Assembly (NCBI GenBank): GCA_040758355.1
Contig: JBFLWF010000002.1
Span: 1 to 64,000 of the forward strand
DNA: 64,000 bases
Direction: 5' to 3'
Source: Nitrospirota bacterium
Lineage (GTDB): Bacteria > Nitrospirota > Thermodesulfovibrionia > Thermodesulfovibrionales > Dissulfurispiraceae
Below the pieces are notes generated by a model, which ran no database searches, had not been told where the DNA came from, and saw nothing but the letters and a program-made list of their open reading frames with translations. Position numbers and translations under genes: made by a program. This document shows, piece by piece, positions 47,132-56,300 of the stretch; position 1 is the stretch's first letter, and every line of letters starts with the position of its first letter.

Positions 47132-48436
47132 ATGGAAATCGTAGAATTAACAAAGGCAAAATCCTTAAAAGGCGAGATAACCCCTCCACCTGACAAATCC
47201 ATTTCCCACAGGGCAGTGATGTTTGCCTCCATTGCAGATGGCAAAAGCATTGTCAAAAATTTTCTCAGGGCAGAAGACCCCATAAGCACCATGAATGCAT
47301 TCAGGATGATGGGAATCGAGATAGAAGAGAAAGCTGGCAATGAGCTTGTTATTCATGGCAAAGGACTATATGGTTTAAGAGAGCCATTTGATGTTATAGA
47401 CTGCGGAAATTCAGGAACGACTGTGAGACTCATATCAGGGATACTCTCAGGGAATCCATTCTTCTCTGTTCTTACAGGAGATGATTCCTTAAAACAGAGA
47501 CCCATGGCAAGGGTCATAAATCCATTAAAAGAGATGGGAGCAGAAATCTCTGCAAGAGATAACGACAGATACCTTCCAATTGCAATTAAGGGCAAAACAC
47601 TCAAGTCTATAGATTACACAATGCCTGTGGCATCTGCACAGGTAAAATCATGCCTTATTCTCGCTGGGCTTTATGCAGAGGGCATAACAACGATCCATGA
47701 GCCACAAAAGTCCCGTGACCACACAGAGAGGATGCTAAAGGCAATGGGTGCGGAGATCAAGGTTGAAGGTCTTACAATAAAGGTAAAGGGTGAAGGGTCA
47801 AGGGTCAAGGGATTGCAGCCAATTGATATAACAATTCCATCTGATTTCTCATCTGCTGCGTTTTTTATTGCAGGCGCTTTAATCGTCCCTGATTCACAAA
47901 TCTTAATCAGAAACGTCTGTGTAAATCCAACAAGAACGGGCTTGCTTGAAGTGATTAAAAATATGGGCGGAGATGTAAGGGTCGAAAATACGAGGGATGT
48001 CTCCGGAGAGCCTGTTGCAGATATATATTGCAAAAGTGCAGGCAGTTTAAAGGCAGTAAAAATCAGCGGTGATATTATGCCTTCCCTGATAGATGAATTC
48101 CCTATCCTGTGTGTTCTCGCTACACAGGCAGATGGAATTACCGAGATAAGAGGCGCAGAGGAGTTAAGAGTCAAGGAGTCGGATAGAATTAAGGCAATGG
48201 CAACGGAACTGAAAAAATTAGGCGTTGAGCTTGAAGAATATCCTGACGGCATTTCAATTAAAGGCAAGACATCTTTAAAAGGCGCTACAGTAGAGAGTTA
48301 TCACGACCATAGAATCGCCATGTCCCTCGCAATTGCTGCACTTGTTGCAGAAGGCACAATAACCATCAATAACCCATCCTGCGTAGACATATCATTCCCG
48401 GGATTTTTTGAAGAATTGAAGAGGATAGCGCGCTGA
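47132..48436 (+). CDS. aroA: EPSP synthase
   Basis: DKSISHR, GNSGTT, ASAQVKS, RDHTE, ELRVKESDR, DHRIAM; (AGGGTCA)-type array at 47780-47812. Confidence 0.97.
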   Translation: MEIVELTKAKSLKGEITPPPDKSISHRAVMFASIADGKSIVKNFLRAEDPISTMNAFRMMGIEIEEKAGNELVIHGKGLYGLREPFDVIDCGNSGTTVRLISGILSGNPFFSVLTGDDSLKQRPMARVINPLKEMGAEISARDNDRYLPIAIKGKTLKSIDYTMPVASAQVKSCLILAGLYAEGITTIHEPQKSRDHTERMLKAMGAEIKVEGLTIKVKGEGSRVKGLQPIDITIPSDFSSAAFFIAGALIVPDSQILIRNVCVNPTRTGLLEVIKNMGGDVRVENTRDVSGEPVADIYCKSAGSLKAVKISGDIMPSLIDEFPILCVLATQADGITEIRGAEELRVKESDRIKAMATELKKLGVELEEYPDGISIKGKTSLKGATVESYHDHRIAMSLAIAALVAEGTITINNPSCVDISFPGFFEELKRIAR

Positions 48437-48689
48437 GGTTTTTTTAACTTACCCTTTACACAGGTAAAGAAATTGTCTGCAATTTACCTGTATAGAGGTA
48501 CAAAATGCGGGATGTGGAGATAGTATATAATAGCGGGAAAGGATTGCGAAATGGGATGCGATTATTAGACCGCATTTTTCTTGTTTGAAAAATAAGGATA
48601 ATTTAGGGGTATAATAAAAAAATTATTAAGCTGCTCGATTATTTTAAAAGAAAATCCATACAGATTATTTGAAGTATAAAAAATATATC

Positions 48690-48718
48690 TTGACAAACGT
48701 ATTCAGTTATTGTATGCT
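48690..48718 (+). promoter_or_regulatory. Sigma70-type promoter
   Basis: TTGACA-17 nt-TATGCT with an AT-rich upstream region. Confidence 0.65.
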
Positions 48719-48745
48719 TTTCCCATGAAGCATATTAAATCATTC

Positions 48746-48784
48746 AAAAAAAAGGCTCTGTGCCGCAAACACAGAGCCTTTTTT
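48746..48784. terminator. Bidirectional intrinsic terminator
   Basis: A8-ggctctgtg-ccgcaaa-cacagagcc-T6. Confidence 0.85.
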
Positions 48785-48825
48785 GTCCACTCGGGCTGAG
48801 AGCCGGAGCGACCGTGGTTAAGTCT
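48746..48825 (-). ncRNA. Predicted ~80-nt antisense small RNA
   Basis: Lies between a strong minus-strand promoter and a U8 terminator; no ORF of note. Confidence 0.5.
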
Positions 48826-48831
48826 ATTCGT

Positions 48832-48860
48832 AGAATATCAGTATCGAGTCCTCCTGTCAA
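48832..48860 (-). promoter_or_regulatory. Sigma70-type promoter, minus strand, with extended -10
   Basis: TTGACA (48860-55), 17 nt ending in TGA, TATTCT (48837-32). Confidence 0.65.
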
Positions 48861-48983
48861 TAAGCTCAGCCGCAGAAAAAAGGAGGTGATGCCCTGATAG
48901 CCCTTACTGACTGGGCACGCCAAAAGAGTTTCTTTGAAACCTTCGGCGGCTGAGAACGAGAAGTTTTAGGAGGACGTAAAGGT

Positions 48984-49280
48984 ATGGCTTCAATACCGCA
49001 AGTGATTCAGGAAATGGATGACCATATTAAAAACAATGGTGGGGGATATTCATCATGGTACGCAGGCATTGCCTCTGATCCTCGCAAGCGGCTGTTCAAC
49101 GATCATAGTGTTCAGGAAAAAGGTGACGCCTGGATATACCGCGACTGCGGATCGGACATAGCCGCAAGACAAGTCGAAGAACATTTTCTCAAGAAGGGTT
49201 GCGACGGCGATACGGGTGGAGGCGATGCAACGACAAAGTACGCATATGCCTACAAAAGGAATAGCCACACCAATCCTTAG
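48984..49280 (+). CDS. Small hypothetical protein, GIY-YIG-like
   Basis: WYAGIASDPRKRLFNDH resembles YxGxTxDxxRRLxxH; later ARQVEEHF helix; AGGAGG SD. Confidence 0.6.
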   Translation: MASIPQVIQEMDDHIKNNGGGYSSWYAGIASDPRKRLFNDHSVQEKGDAWIYRDCGSDIAARQVEEHFLKKGCDGDTGGGDATTKYAYAYKRNSHTNP

Positions 49281-49292
49281 TCGGTAGTTTGA

Positions 49293-49325
49293 AGAGGCCG
49301 TCTTATATGATAGGCGGCCTCTCTT
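49293..49325 (+). terminator. Hairpin after the 98-aa gene
   Basis: agaggccgtct / aggcggcctct; weak U tail. Confidence 0.5.
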
Positions 49326-49341
49326 AAAAAATAGAGGGGTT

Positions 49342-49935
49342 ATGAAAAAGAAAATAACAGAAATAGCGGATATTCAGCTTGGGTATCAGTTCAGGAAAAA
49401 GATTGAGCCTGCCGGCGATGGCACTAACCGTGTAATCCAGATTCGGGACTTTGATGAAAATCATATACTTAACAAAGCGGGTCTCGCATCTGTTACACTT
49501 GATAAACCGATGGATAAGTATCTAATTAACAAAGGCGATGTTCTGTTTCTTTCACGCGGGCATCGCAATTGGGCAGCCCCAATTATATATGATTTGAAAG
49601 ATACGGTGGCTGTAAGCCACTTCTTTGTAATCAAGCCCAAGCAGAATAATATTTTGTCGGAGTATCTTGCCTGGTATATCAATCAGACCCCGGCGCAGGA
49701 ATACCTTCACAACATAGCCAAGCGCGGCACTCATATGCCGCTAATCCCCCTGTCAGCTTTCAAGGGGCTTGCAATAGAAATCCCGGATATAAAGACTCAG
49801 GAAAAAATTGTTGAATTGAGCAAGCTGATGGAAAAAGAAAAAAAGCTTCTCGCTGAACTTCAGGTGAAGAAATCACTTCTTATTAACGCAGTATGTTTAA
49901 AGGCATCCAAGAGCAAAAAGGAGAAGATAAAATGA
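49342..49935 (+). CDS. Half-size type I RM specificity subunit (single TRD)
   Basis: KGDVLF.SRG, EYLAWYIN, IEIPD...QEKIV; ATGA overlap with hsdM. Confidence 0.8.
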   Translation: MKKKITEIADIQLGYQFRKKIEPAGDGTNRVIQIRDFDENHILNKAGLASVTLDKPMDKYLINKGDVLFLSRGHRNWAAPIIYDLKDTVAVSHFFVIKPKQNNILSEYLAWYINQTPAQEYLHNIAKRGTHMPLIPLSAFKGLAIEIPDIKTQEKIVELSKLMEKEKKLLAELQVKKSLLINAVCLKASKSKKEKIK

Positions 49936-51491
49936 CAACGAAAGTATCTCAGGACGAAATCAATAATGTTGCGTGGGCGGCATGCGATACCTTCCGCGGT
50001 CCAGTTGACCCTGCACAGTACAAGGACTATATCCTTGTGATGCTGTTTTTAAAGTATATCTCCGATGTGTGGAAAGATCATTATGAAGAATACCAAAAGC
50101 AATACGGCAATAATGAAGAACGTATCAGACGGAAACTCGAACGGGAGCGTTTTACACTGCCTTATATAGATTATGAAGACAAAGACACAAAGCAGAAAGA
50201 AAAATTTCATGCGGATTTTTACAGCCTTTATGAGCGGAGAACCAGAGCGAATATAGGCGAACTCATTAATATTGTTCTGGATGCCATTGAAGAATCAAAC
50301 AAGGCCAAGCTCGAAGGCGTGTTCCGCAACATTGATTTCAACAGCGAGGCAAATCTTGGAAAGACCAAAGACCGTAACCGCCTCCTGAAACATCTTCTCG
50401 AAGATTTCAATAAACCTCAGCTCGATATGCGGCCAAGTCGTGTATCCGAAGATGTAATCGGGAATACTTACATTTATCTTATTGAACGCTTTGCCTCTGA
50501 TGCCGGCAAAAAGGCCGGAGAGTTTTATACGCCTCACAAGGTCTCGGAACTGCTTGCAAAACTTGTCCAGCCGAAAAAGGGTGACCGCATATGCGATCCG
50601 GCTTGCGGTTCGGGTGGCCTTTTGATTGAGGCAGCTAAAGAAATAGGCAGCAGCGATTTTGCCTTGTTTGGCATGGAAGTGAATGGGAGCACATGGGCGC
50701 TGGCAAGGATGAACATGTTCCTGCACGGCATGGACGCCGCGCGCATAGAATGGTGCAATGCGCTGACAAATCCTGCATTGGTTGAGAAAGACCGTCTCAT
50801 GAGATTCAATATCGTTGTCGCTAATCCACCTTTTTCTCTCGACAAATGGGGTGCAACAGAGGCAGAACATGACCGCTTTAACCGCTTCTGGCGCGGCATG
50901 CCGCCAAAAAGCAAAGGCGATTATGCCTTTATCAGCCATATGATAGAAGCGGCCATTGAAAAAGAAGGCCGGGTAGCAGTGGTTGTACCGCACGGCGTAC
51001 TTTTCCGTGGAGGAGCCGAGGGGCGCATCCGTCAAAAACTAATTGAAGATAATCTGCTTGATGCAGTTGTGGGACTTCCAGCTAATCTCTTTCCCACAAC
51101 ATCAATTCCAGTTGCAATTCTCATCTTCGACTGTTCGCGAGAAAAAGGCGGGATAAATGAAAAGCGTAAAGATATACTTTTCATTGACGCAAGCAGGGAT
51201 TATCAGTCAGCAAAGACCCGGAATCTTCTGCTCGAAGAACATATCGAGAAGATTGTTGCCGCATACAAAACCCGCAAAGATGTTGATAAATACGCCCACG
51301 TCGTAACATTTGATGAGATAAAAGAAAATGATTTCAACCTCAACATCCCGCGTTATGTGGATACCTTTGAGGAAGAGGCGGAAATAGATGTTGCAGCAGT
51401 GCAGAAAGAGATTGAGCAGTTAGAAGCGGAGTTGGTAGAAGTGAGGGGGAAGATGAAGCAATACTTAGAGGAGCTTGGACAGCATGCTTAA
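49932..51491 (+). CDS. hsdM: Type I RM methyltransferase subunit
   Basis: GEFYTP, DPACGSGG, NPPF, PHGVLFRG, NLNIPRYVD; ATG 49932. Confidence 0.96.
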   Translation: MTTKVSQDEINNVAWAACDTFRGPVDPAQYKDYILVMLFLKYISDVWKDHYEEYQKQYGNNEERIRRKLERERFTLPYIDYEDKDTKQKEKFHADFYSLYERRTRANIGELINIVLDAIEESNKAKLEGVFRNIDFNSEANLGKTKDRNRLLKHLLEDFNKPQLDMRPSRVSEDVIGNTYIYLIERFASDAGKKAGEFYTPHKVSELLAKLVQPKKGDRICDPACGSGGLLIEAAKEIGSSDFALFGMEVNGSTWALARMNMFLHGMDAARIEWCNALTNPALVEKDRLMRFNIVVANPPFSLDKWGATEAEHDRFNRFWRGMPPKSKGDYAFISHMIEAAIEKEGRVAVVVPHGVLFRGGAEGRIRQKLIEDNLLDAVVGLPANLFPTTSIPVAILIFDCSREKGGINEKRKDILFIDASRDYQSAKTRNLLLEEHIEKIVAAYKTRKDVDKYAHVVTFDEIKENDFNLNIPRYVDTFEEEAEIDVAAVQKEIEQLEAELVEVRGKMKQYLEELGQHA

Positions 51492-52668
51492 GTATGGTCA
51501 TATCCTTGCTGATGGTTGGCAATGGAAGAAACTTTCAAAAATTGCACAGATTAACCCTCCCCCGCAAAAGGCAGAAGATGAAAGCGAAGTCACATTTTTG
51601 GGTATGGCGGATGTGTCAGAAGCAGGGAAGATCATTAACGCGCAGATACGGAAATTTAGAGAGGTCTCGTTAGGATTTACTTCGTTTAAAGGAAATGACG
51701 TTCTCATTGCGAAAATTACTCCATGTTTTGAAAATGGAAAAGGTTGTCTTGCTGAAGGCCTAAAAAACAATGTAGGGTTTGGAAGTACAGAATTTCATGT
51801 ATTGCGTCCAACACCTGAAGTATTGCCGCGATATCTTCATTTATTAACAGTAACTCATCATTTTCGTGGTATTGGTGAAATTTATATGACAGGTAGTGCA
51901 GGGCAAAAAAGAGTACCCGCAGATTTTTTGAGAGATTATATTATCCCATTGCCCCCAATTGCCGAACAAGAAAGAATAATAGACATAATTTTAAGCTGGA
52001 GCCACGCCATCGAAAAAACAGAAAAGCTGATTGAGGCGAAAAGATCATGGCATGTTGCTCTTGCAAATAAGCTGCTCAGCAGAAAATCCAGTGCAGTCCC
52101 GCTAAAGAAAATTCTTAAATTGACCCTGCGAGATGTTGCAAAACCAGACAAGCCATATTGGGCTTTGGGAATCAGGAGTCACGGCAAAGGCACATTCCGG
52201 CGTTTTATAGAAAATCCGGCGTCCGTTGCAATGGACACTCTTTATCGTGTAAGGCATGATGACCTTATCGTAAATATCACATTTGCTTGGGAAGGCGCTA
52301 TAGCATTCGTTGACAAGGCAGATGAAGATTGTTTGGTTTCGCACAGATTTCCGACATTTGAGATTGATATTAATAAAGCTTTGCCTGCTTATCTGCGGCA
52401 TGTAATAGTTCAAAAAAGATTTGTCCGAAATCTCGCTTTAATATCACCCGGTGGCGCAGGGAGAAACCGCGTGTTGAACAAAACTGATTTTCTTAACTTG
52501 AAAATAGCTCTGCCTGAAATTAAGGAACAGGAGAAAATCGGCGATGTCTTAAACACATCGCTTCGGGAGATATCTCTCCTCGAAGCAAAACTCGAATTGC
52601 TGAAAAAGCAAAAGCGCGGCTTGATGCAGAAACTGTTGACCGGCGAGTGGCGGGTGAAGGTAGAGTGA
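51484..52668 (+). CDS. hsdS: Type I RM specificity subunit (two TRDs)
   Basis: AKITPCFENGK, LPPIAEQERI, LPEIKEQEKI, KRGLMQKLLTG. Confidence 0.93.
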   Translation: MLKYGHILADGWQWKKLSKIAQINPPPQKAEDESEVTFLGMADVSEAGKIINAQIRKFREVSLGFTSFKGNDVLIAKITPCFENGKGCLAEGLKNNVGFGSTEFHVLRPTPEVLPRYLHLLTVTHHFRGIGEIYMTGSAGQKRVPADFLRDYIIPLPPIAEQERIIDIILSWSHAIEKTEKLIEAKRSWHVALANKLLSRKSSAVPLKKILKLTLRDVAKPDKPYWALGIRSHGKGTFRRFIENPASVAMDTLYRVRHDDLIVNITFAWEGAIAFVDKADEDCLVSHRFPTFEIDINKALPAYLRHVIVQKRFVRNLALISPGGAGRNRVLNKTDFLNLKIALPEIKEQEKIGDVLNTSLREISLLEAKLELLKKQKRGLMQKLLTGEWRVKVE

Positions 52669-52678
52669 GGAAAAAACC

Positions 52679-52716
52679 AATGGACAGCGTGGACTGAATG
52701 GACAACGGAATGGACA
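52679..52716. repeat. 9-nt array (TGGACnnnn)x4, upstream arm of an inverted pair
   Basis: tggacagcg tggactgaa tggacaacggaa tggaca. Confidence 0.8.
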
Positions 52717-52740
52717 AACAACTAAAGAAAGGATTTTGAA

Positions 52741-53343
52741 ATGCTTGAAAATGAAGGTCTGATTCCAAAGCATGGCGGCTACCGCAAGCTGAAGAGCTAT
52801 CAGATTGCTCAGCTTGTTTATGATGTGACAGTGCGGTTTTGCAACAACTACATAGACCGCAAATCGCGCACGCACGACCAGATGGTTCAGGCAGCGCGAA
52901 GCGGGGTTCAAAACATTGCCGAAGGCAGTCAGGCATCCGGCACATCGAAAAAGACCGAACTGAAACTTACTAATGTTGCACGCGCCAGTCTTGAAGAACT
53001 GCGTCTTGATTATGAAGATTATTTGCGGCAGCGGCGCCTGCCGCTCTGGAATCGTGAAGACCCTCGCCGTGCGGAGCTAATTGAGCGGAGGTTCACGACT
53101 GCTGATGCGGTTGAGGAATGGGTGAAAGAAAAGGCAGAGAAGTCCACAATGTCCACTTCGTCCACGCAGTCCACAAGTTCTTCTCTCTCTGAAATCGCGG
53201 CTAATGCTGCGCTGGTGTTGATTACGGTTGCCTGCAGTTTATTGGATCGCCAATTGGCTGCGCAGGCTGCTGCATTTGAAAAAGAAGGCGGCTTTACAGA
53301 AAGATTGTATCGCACGCGCAGCCAGACAAGGAAACGCACATGA
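52741..53343 (+). CDS. Four-helix-bundle protein with suffix domain (TIGR02436/TIGR04258-like)
   Basis: GGYRKL, DQMVQAARSGVQNIAEGS, VARASLEELRLDYED; suffix EIAANAAL..LLDRQ..FEKEGGFTERLY. Confidence 0.9.
   Translation: MLENEGLIPKHGGYRKLKSYQIAQLVYDVTVRFCNNYIDRKSRTHDQMVQAARSGVQNIAEGSQASGTSKKTELKLTNVARASLEELRLDYEDYLRQRRLPLWNREDPRRAELIERRFTTADAVEEWVKEKAEKSTMSTSSTQSTSSSLSEIAANAALVLITVACSLLDRQLAAQAAAFEKEGGFTERLYRTRSQTRKRT
53142..53177. repeat. 9-nt array (GTCCACnnn)x4, downstream arm, in frame in the four-helix gene
   Basis: gtccacaat gtccacttc gtccacgca gtccacaag; peptide STMSTSSTQSTS. Confidence 0.85.
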
Positions 53344-56300
53344 AAAGCTTCAGGTTCAATGAAAAATATTTATCACAAATCCCTGCATTGCAGCAGCTCA
53401 TAAATCTTGGGTTCAACTACCTTACACCTGAGCAGGCACTAACAGAGCGTCAGGGCAGATTTGGAAATGTTTTGCTTGAGGGAATACTGCGGAAGCAACT
53501 TAAGTCCATTAACCGCATTCAGCACAGAGGGCAGGAATATCTTTTCAGCGAAGAGAATATCCAGTCTGCAATCCAGAAACTTAAGAATGTTAAATGGGAT
53601 GGGCTGCAAAAGACTAATGAGGCTGTTTATGACATGCTCACTCTGGGGACATCGCTGGAGCAGACCATTGAAGGGGATACAAGGAGCTATACACTGAGAT
53701 ATATTGACTGGGGTGATTGGAAGAACAACATTTATCATGTTACTGCGGAATTCAGTGTCGAGCGAACCAGAAGCGATGAGACTACCCGGCCCGATATTGT
53801 ACTTTTCGTAAACGGCATTCCCTTTGCAGTGATAGAATGCAAGTCGCCGAAGGAGGACATAAATAAGGCAGTCGAACAGACTATCCGCAACCAGCAGGAT
53901 GAATTTATCCCCAGACTCTATTCATACTCGCAGCTTGTCATAGGAATAAACAAAAACGCTGCCGTTTATGCTACTGCAGGTACTGCGAGGAGGTTCTGGA
54001 GCAGTTGGCAGGAACTTCGGTACAAAGATAAAGATGTCGAGGTAAGCGTTAAAAGACATCTTAAGCCTGAGATAAAGGATGAACTTTTTTCAGGTGACTT
54101 CGGTCATGCGCGAAAATTCTTTGATGATATGGAAAAAGAAGGCGGCCGTGAAATTACAGAGCAGGACAGAGCTGTCTTCAGCCTCTGCAAGCCGGAGCGA
54201 TTGTTGGAGCTTGCCCATAAATTCACTATCTTTGACGGTGGCATCAAAAAGATAGCCCGCTATCAACAATACTTCGTTGTCAAATCAACGATTGACAGGG
54301 TGAAGCAGTTCGATTCGGAAGGACGGCGCAAGGGCGGAATAATCTGGCATACACAGGGATCTGGAAAATCTCTCACAATGATATGGCTTGCGAGAAACCT
54401 TGCCCTTGACCCTGACATCTCGAATCCACGGATTGTTCTTGTAACAGACCGCGTTGATCTTGACAGGCAGCTCAGCAATACCTTTGCCGCCTGTGGACTT
54501 GATAAGCACCGGGCAAAAACAGGACGGGACCTTCTTGACCTTGTTTCTGAGAAAAAGGCTGCTATTGTAACAACCTTGGTTCACAAGTTTGACAAGGCTC
54601 TTAATGTCAAAAAATATCAGGATGAATCCATAGATATCTTTATGCTTGTTGACGAGGCTCACCGGACTCAATTTAAAAACCTTCACGCGCGTATGCGCCA
54701 GATGTTTCCAAGAGCCTGTTATCTGGGGTTTACCGGAACTCCGCTTATGAAGAAGGAGAAAAACAACTTCATTAAGTTCGGCGGTTTGATTGAACCTCAC
54801 TATTCGATAAAACAGGCTGTAAAGGATAAACAGGTTGTGCCGCTTCTGTATGAAGGACGCTATGTGGAAATGGAGCAGGACAAGGCAGCAATAGACCTGT
54901 GGTTTGAAAGGCATACTCAGGGGCTTACGCCTGAACAAAGGGCTGACTTGAAAAAGAAATATGCACGTGCAGAGATGTTGAACAAGGCGGATAAGGTTAT
55001 CTATATGAGAGCCTTTGATATCAGCGAACACTACAGACAGAACTGGCAGAATACGCCGTTTAAGGCGCAACTCGTAGCTCCAAGTAAACTGGCTGCACTT
55101 AAGTATCATGAATTTTTGAACGAGTTTGGTCATGTGACCTCTGAGGTAATTATCTCTCCTCCTGATCAGCGCGAGGGTTATGAAGAGGTTGAGGAAGGAC
55201 CAGTTGATGAGGTTGTGAAATTCTGGCAGAAGATGATGAAGCGATACGGTTCAGAGGAAGAATACAATAAACAGATTACGAGTCAGTTTTTGTATGCAGA
55301 AGAACCTGAAATCCTGATTGTGGTGGATAAACTACTGACGGGTTTCGACGCACCGAGAAACACAGTCATGTATCTTTGCCGCACTTTGCGAGAGCATACG
55401 CTGCTTCAGGCCATTGCCCGCGTGAACAGACTATATGAAGATGAAGCGCATAATCCAAAGGAGTACGGTTATATAGTTGATCATGCCAGCATTTTAGGCG
55501 AGTTGGATAAGGCCTTGACGATGTATGCCGATGCAGGGCTCGAAGATTTTGATGAGGAGGATTTGGAAGGCACGCTCACTTCGATTCATCGGGAAGTGGC
55601 CAAATTGCCGCAGGCTTATTCCGACCTCTGGGATATTTTTAAGGAAGTCAGAAACCGTTATGATGAGGAGGTATACGAGTTACTGCTTGGCGACGAAGCT
55701 CTGCGGGAGGAGTTCTATCAGCGACTGGCAGAGTACAGTAAGATTCTTGCAATGGCTCTTTCAACTGAGCAGTTTATAATAAATACCCCCGACGAAAAGC
55801 TGATGCAATATAAGAATGCGCTTAAGCGATTCCATAACCTGAAGGCGTCTGTTAAGCTTCGTTATGCAGAGACCATTGACTACCGTGATTATGAACCGAA
55901 GATCAAGAAGCTGCTTGATACCCATATTCAGGCGAATCAGGTTATCCAGCTCAATGAGCCGGTGAATATTTTTGACGATAAGATGTTCTGGCAGGTGAAA
56001 GAGGAGCAGGGCGTCTATGTCACAAAAACAACGGCATCAAGAGCGGATGCCATCGCACATGCCGTAAAGAAAGTAATAACTGAAAAGATGGAGGAGGACC
56101 CTGCCTTTTATGAAAAATTCTCAAAACTGATTCAGCAAGCAATTGACGCATACAGGGCTAAGCGAATCTCCGACATAGAATACTTAAAGAGGGTCACTGA
56201 AATTCGCGACAAGGTGGTAACCCGCGAGCATGATGATATTCCTGCGAAGCTGAATAAGAACGAGGATGCTCAGGCATTTTACGGCGTTCTGAAACCGATC

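Noticed and set aside
1047..53343. Diversity-generating retroelement suggested by Avd-like four-helix proteins
   Set aside because: No reverse transcriptase and no TR/VR pair with adenine-specific mismatches in the window; the RelE duplicate differs at mixed bases.
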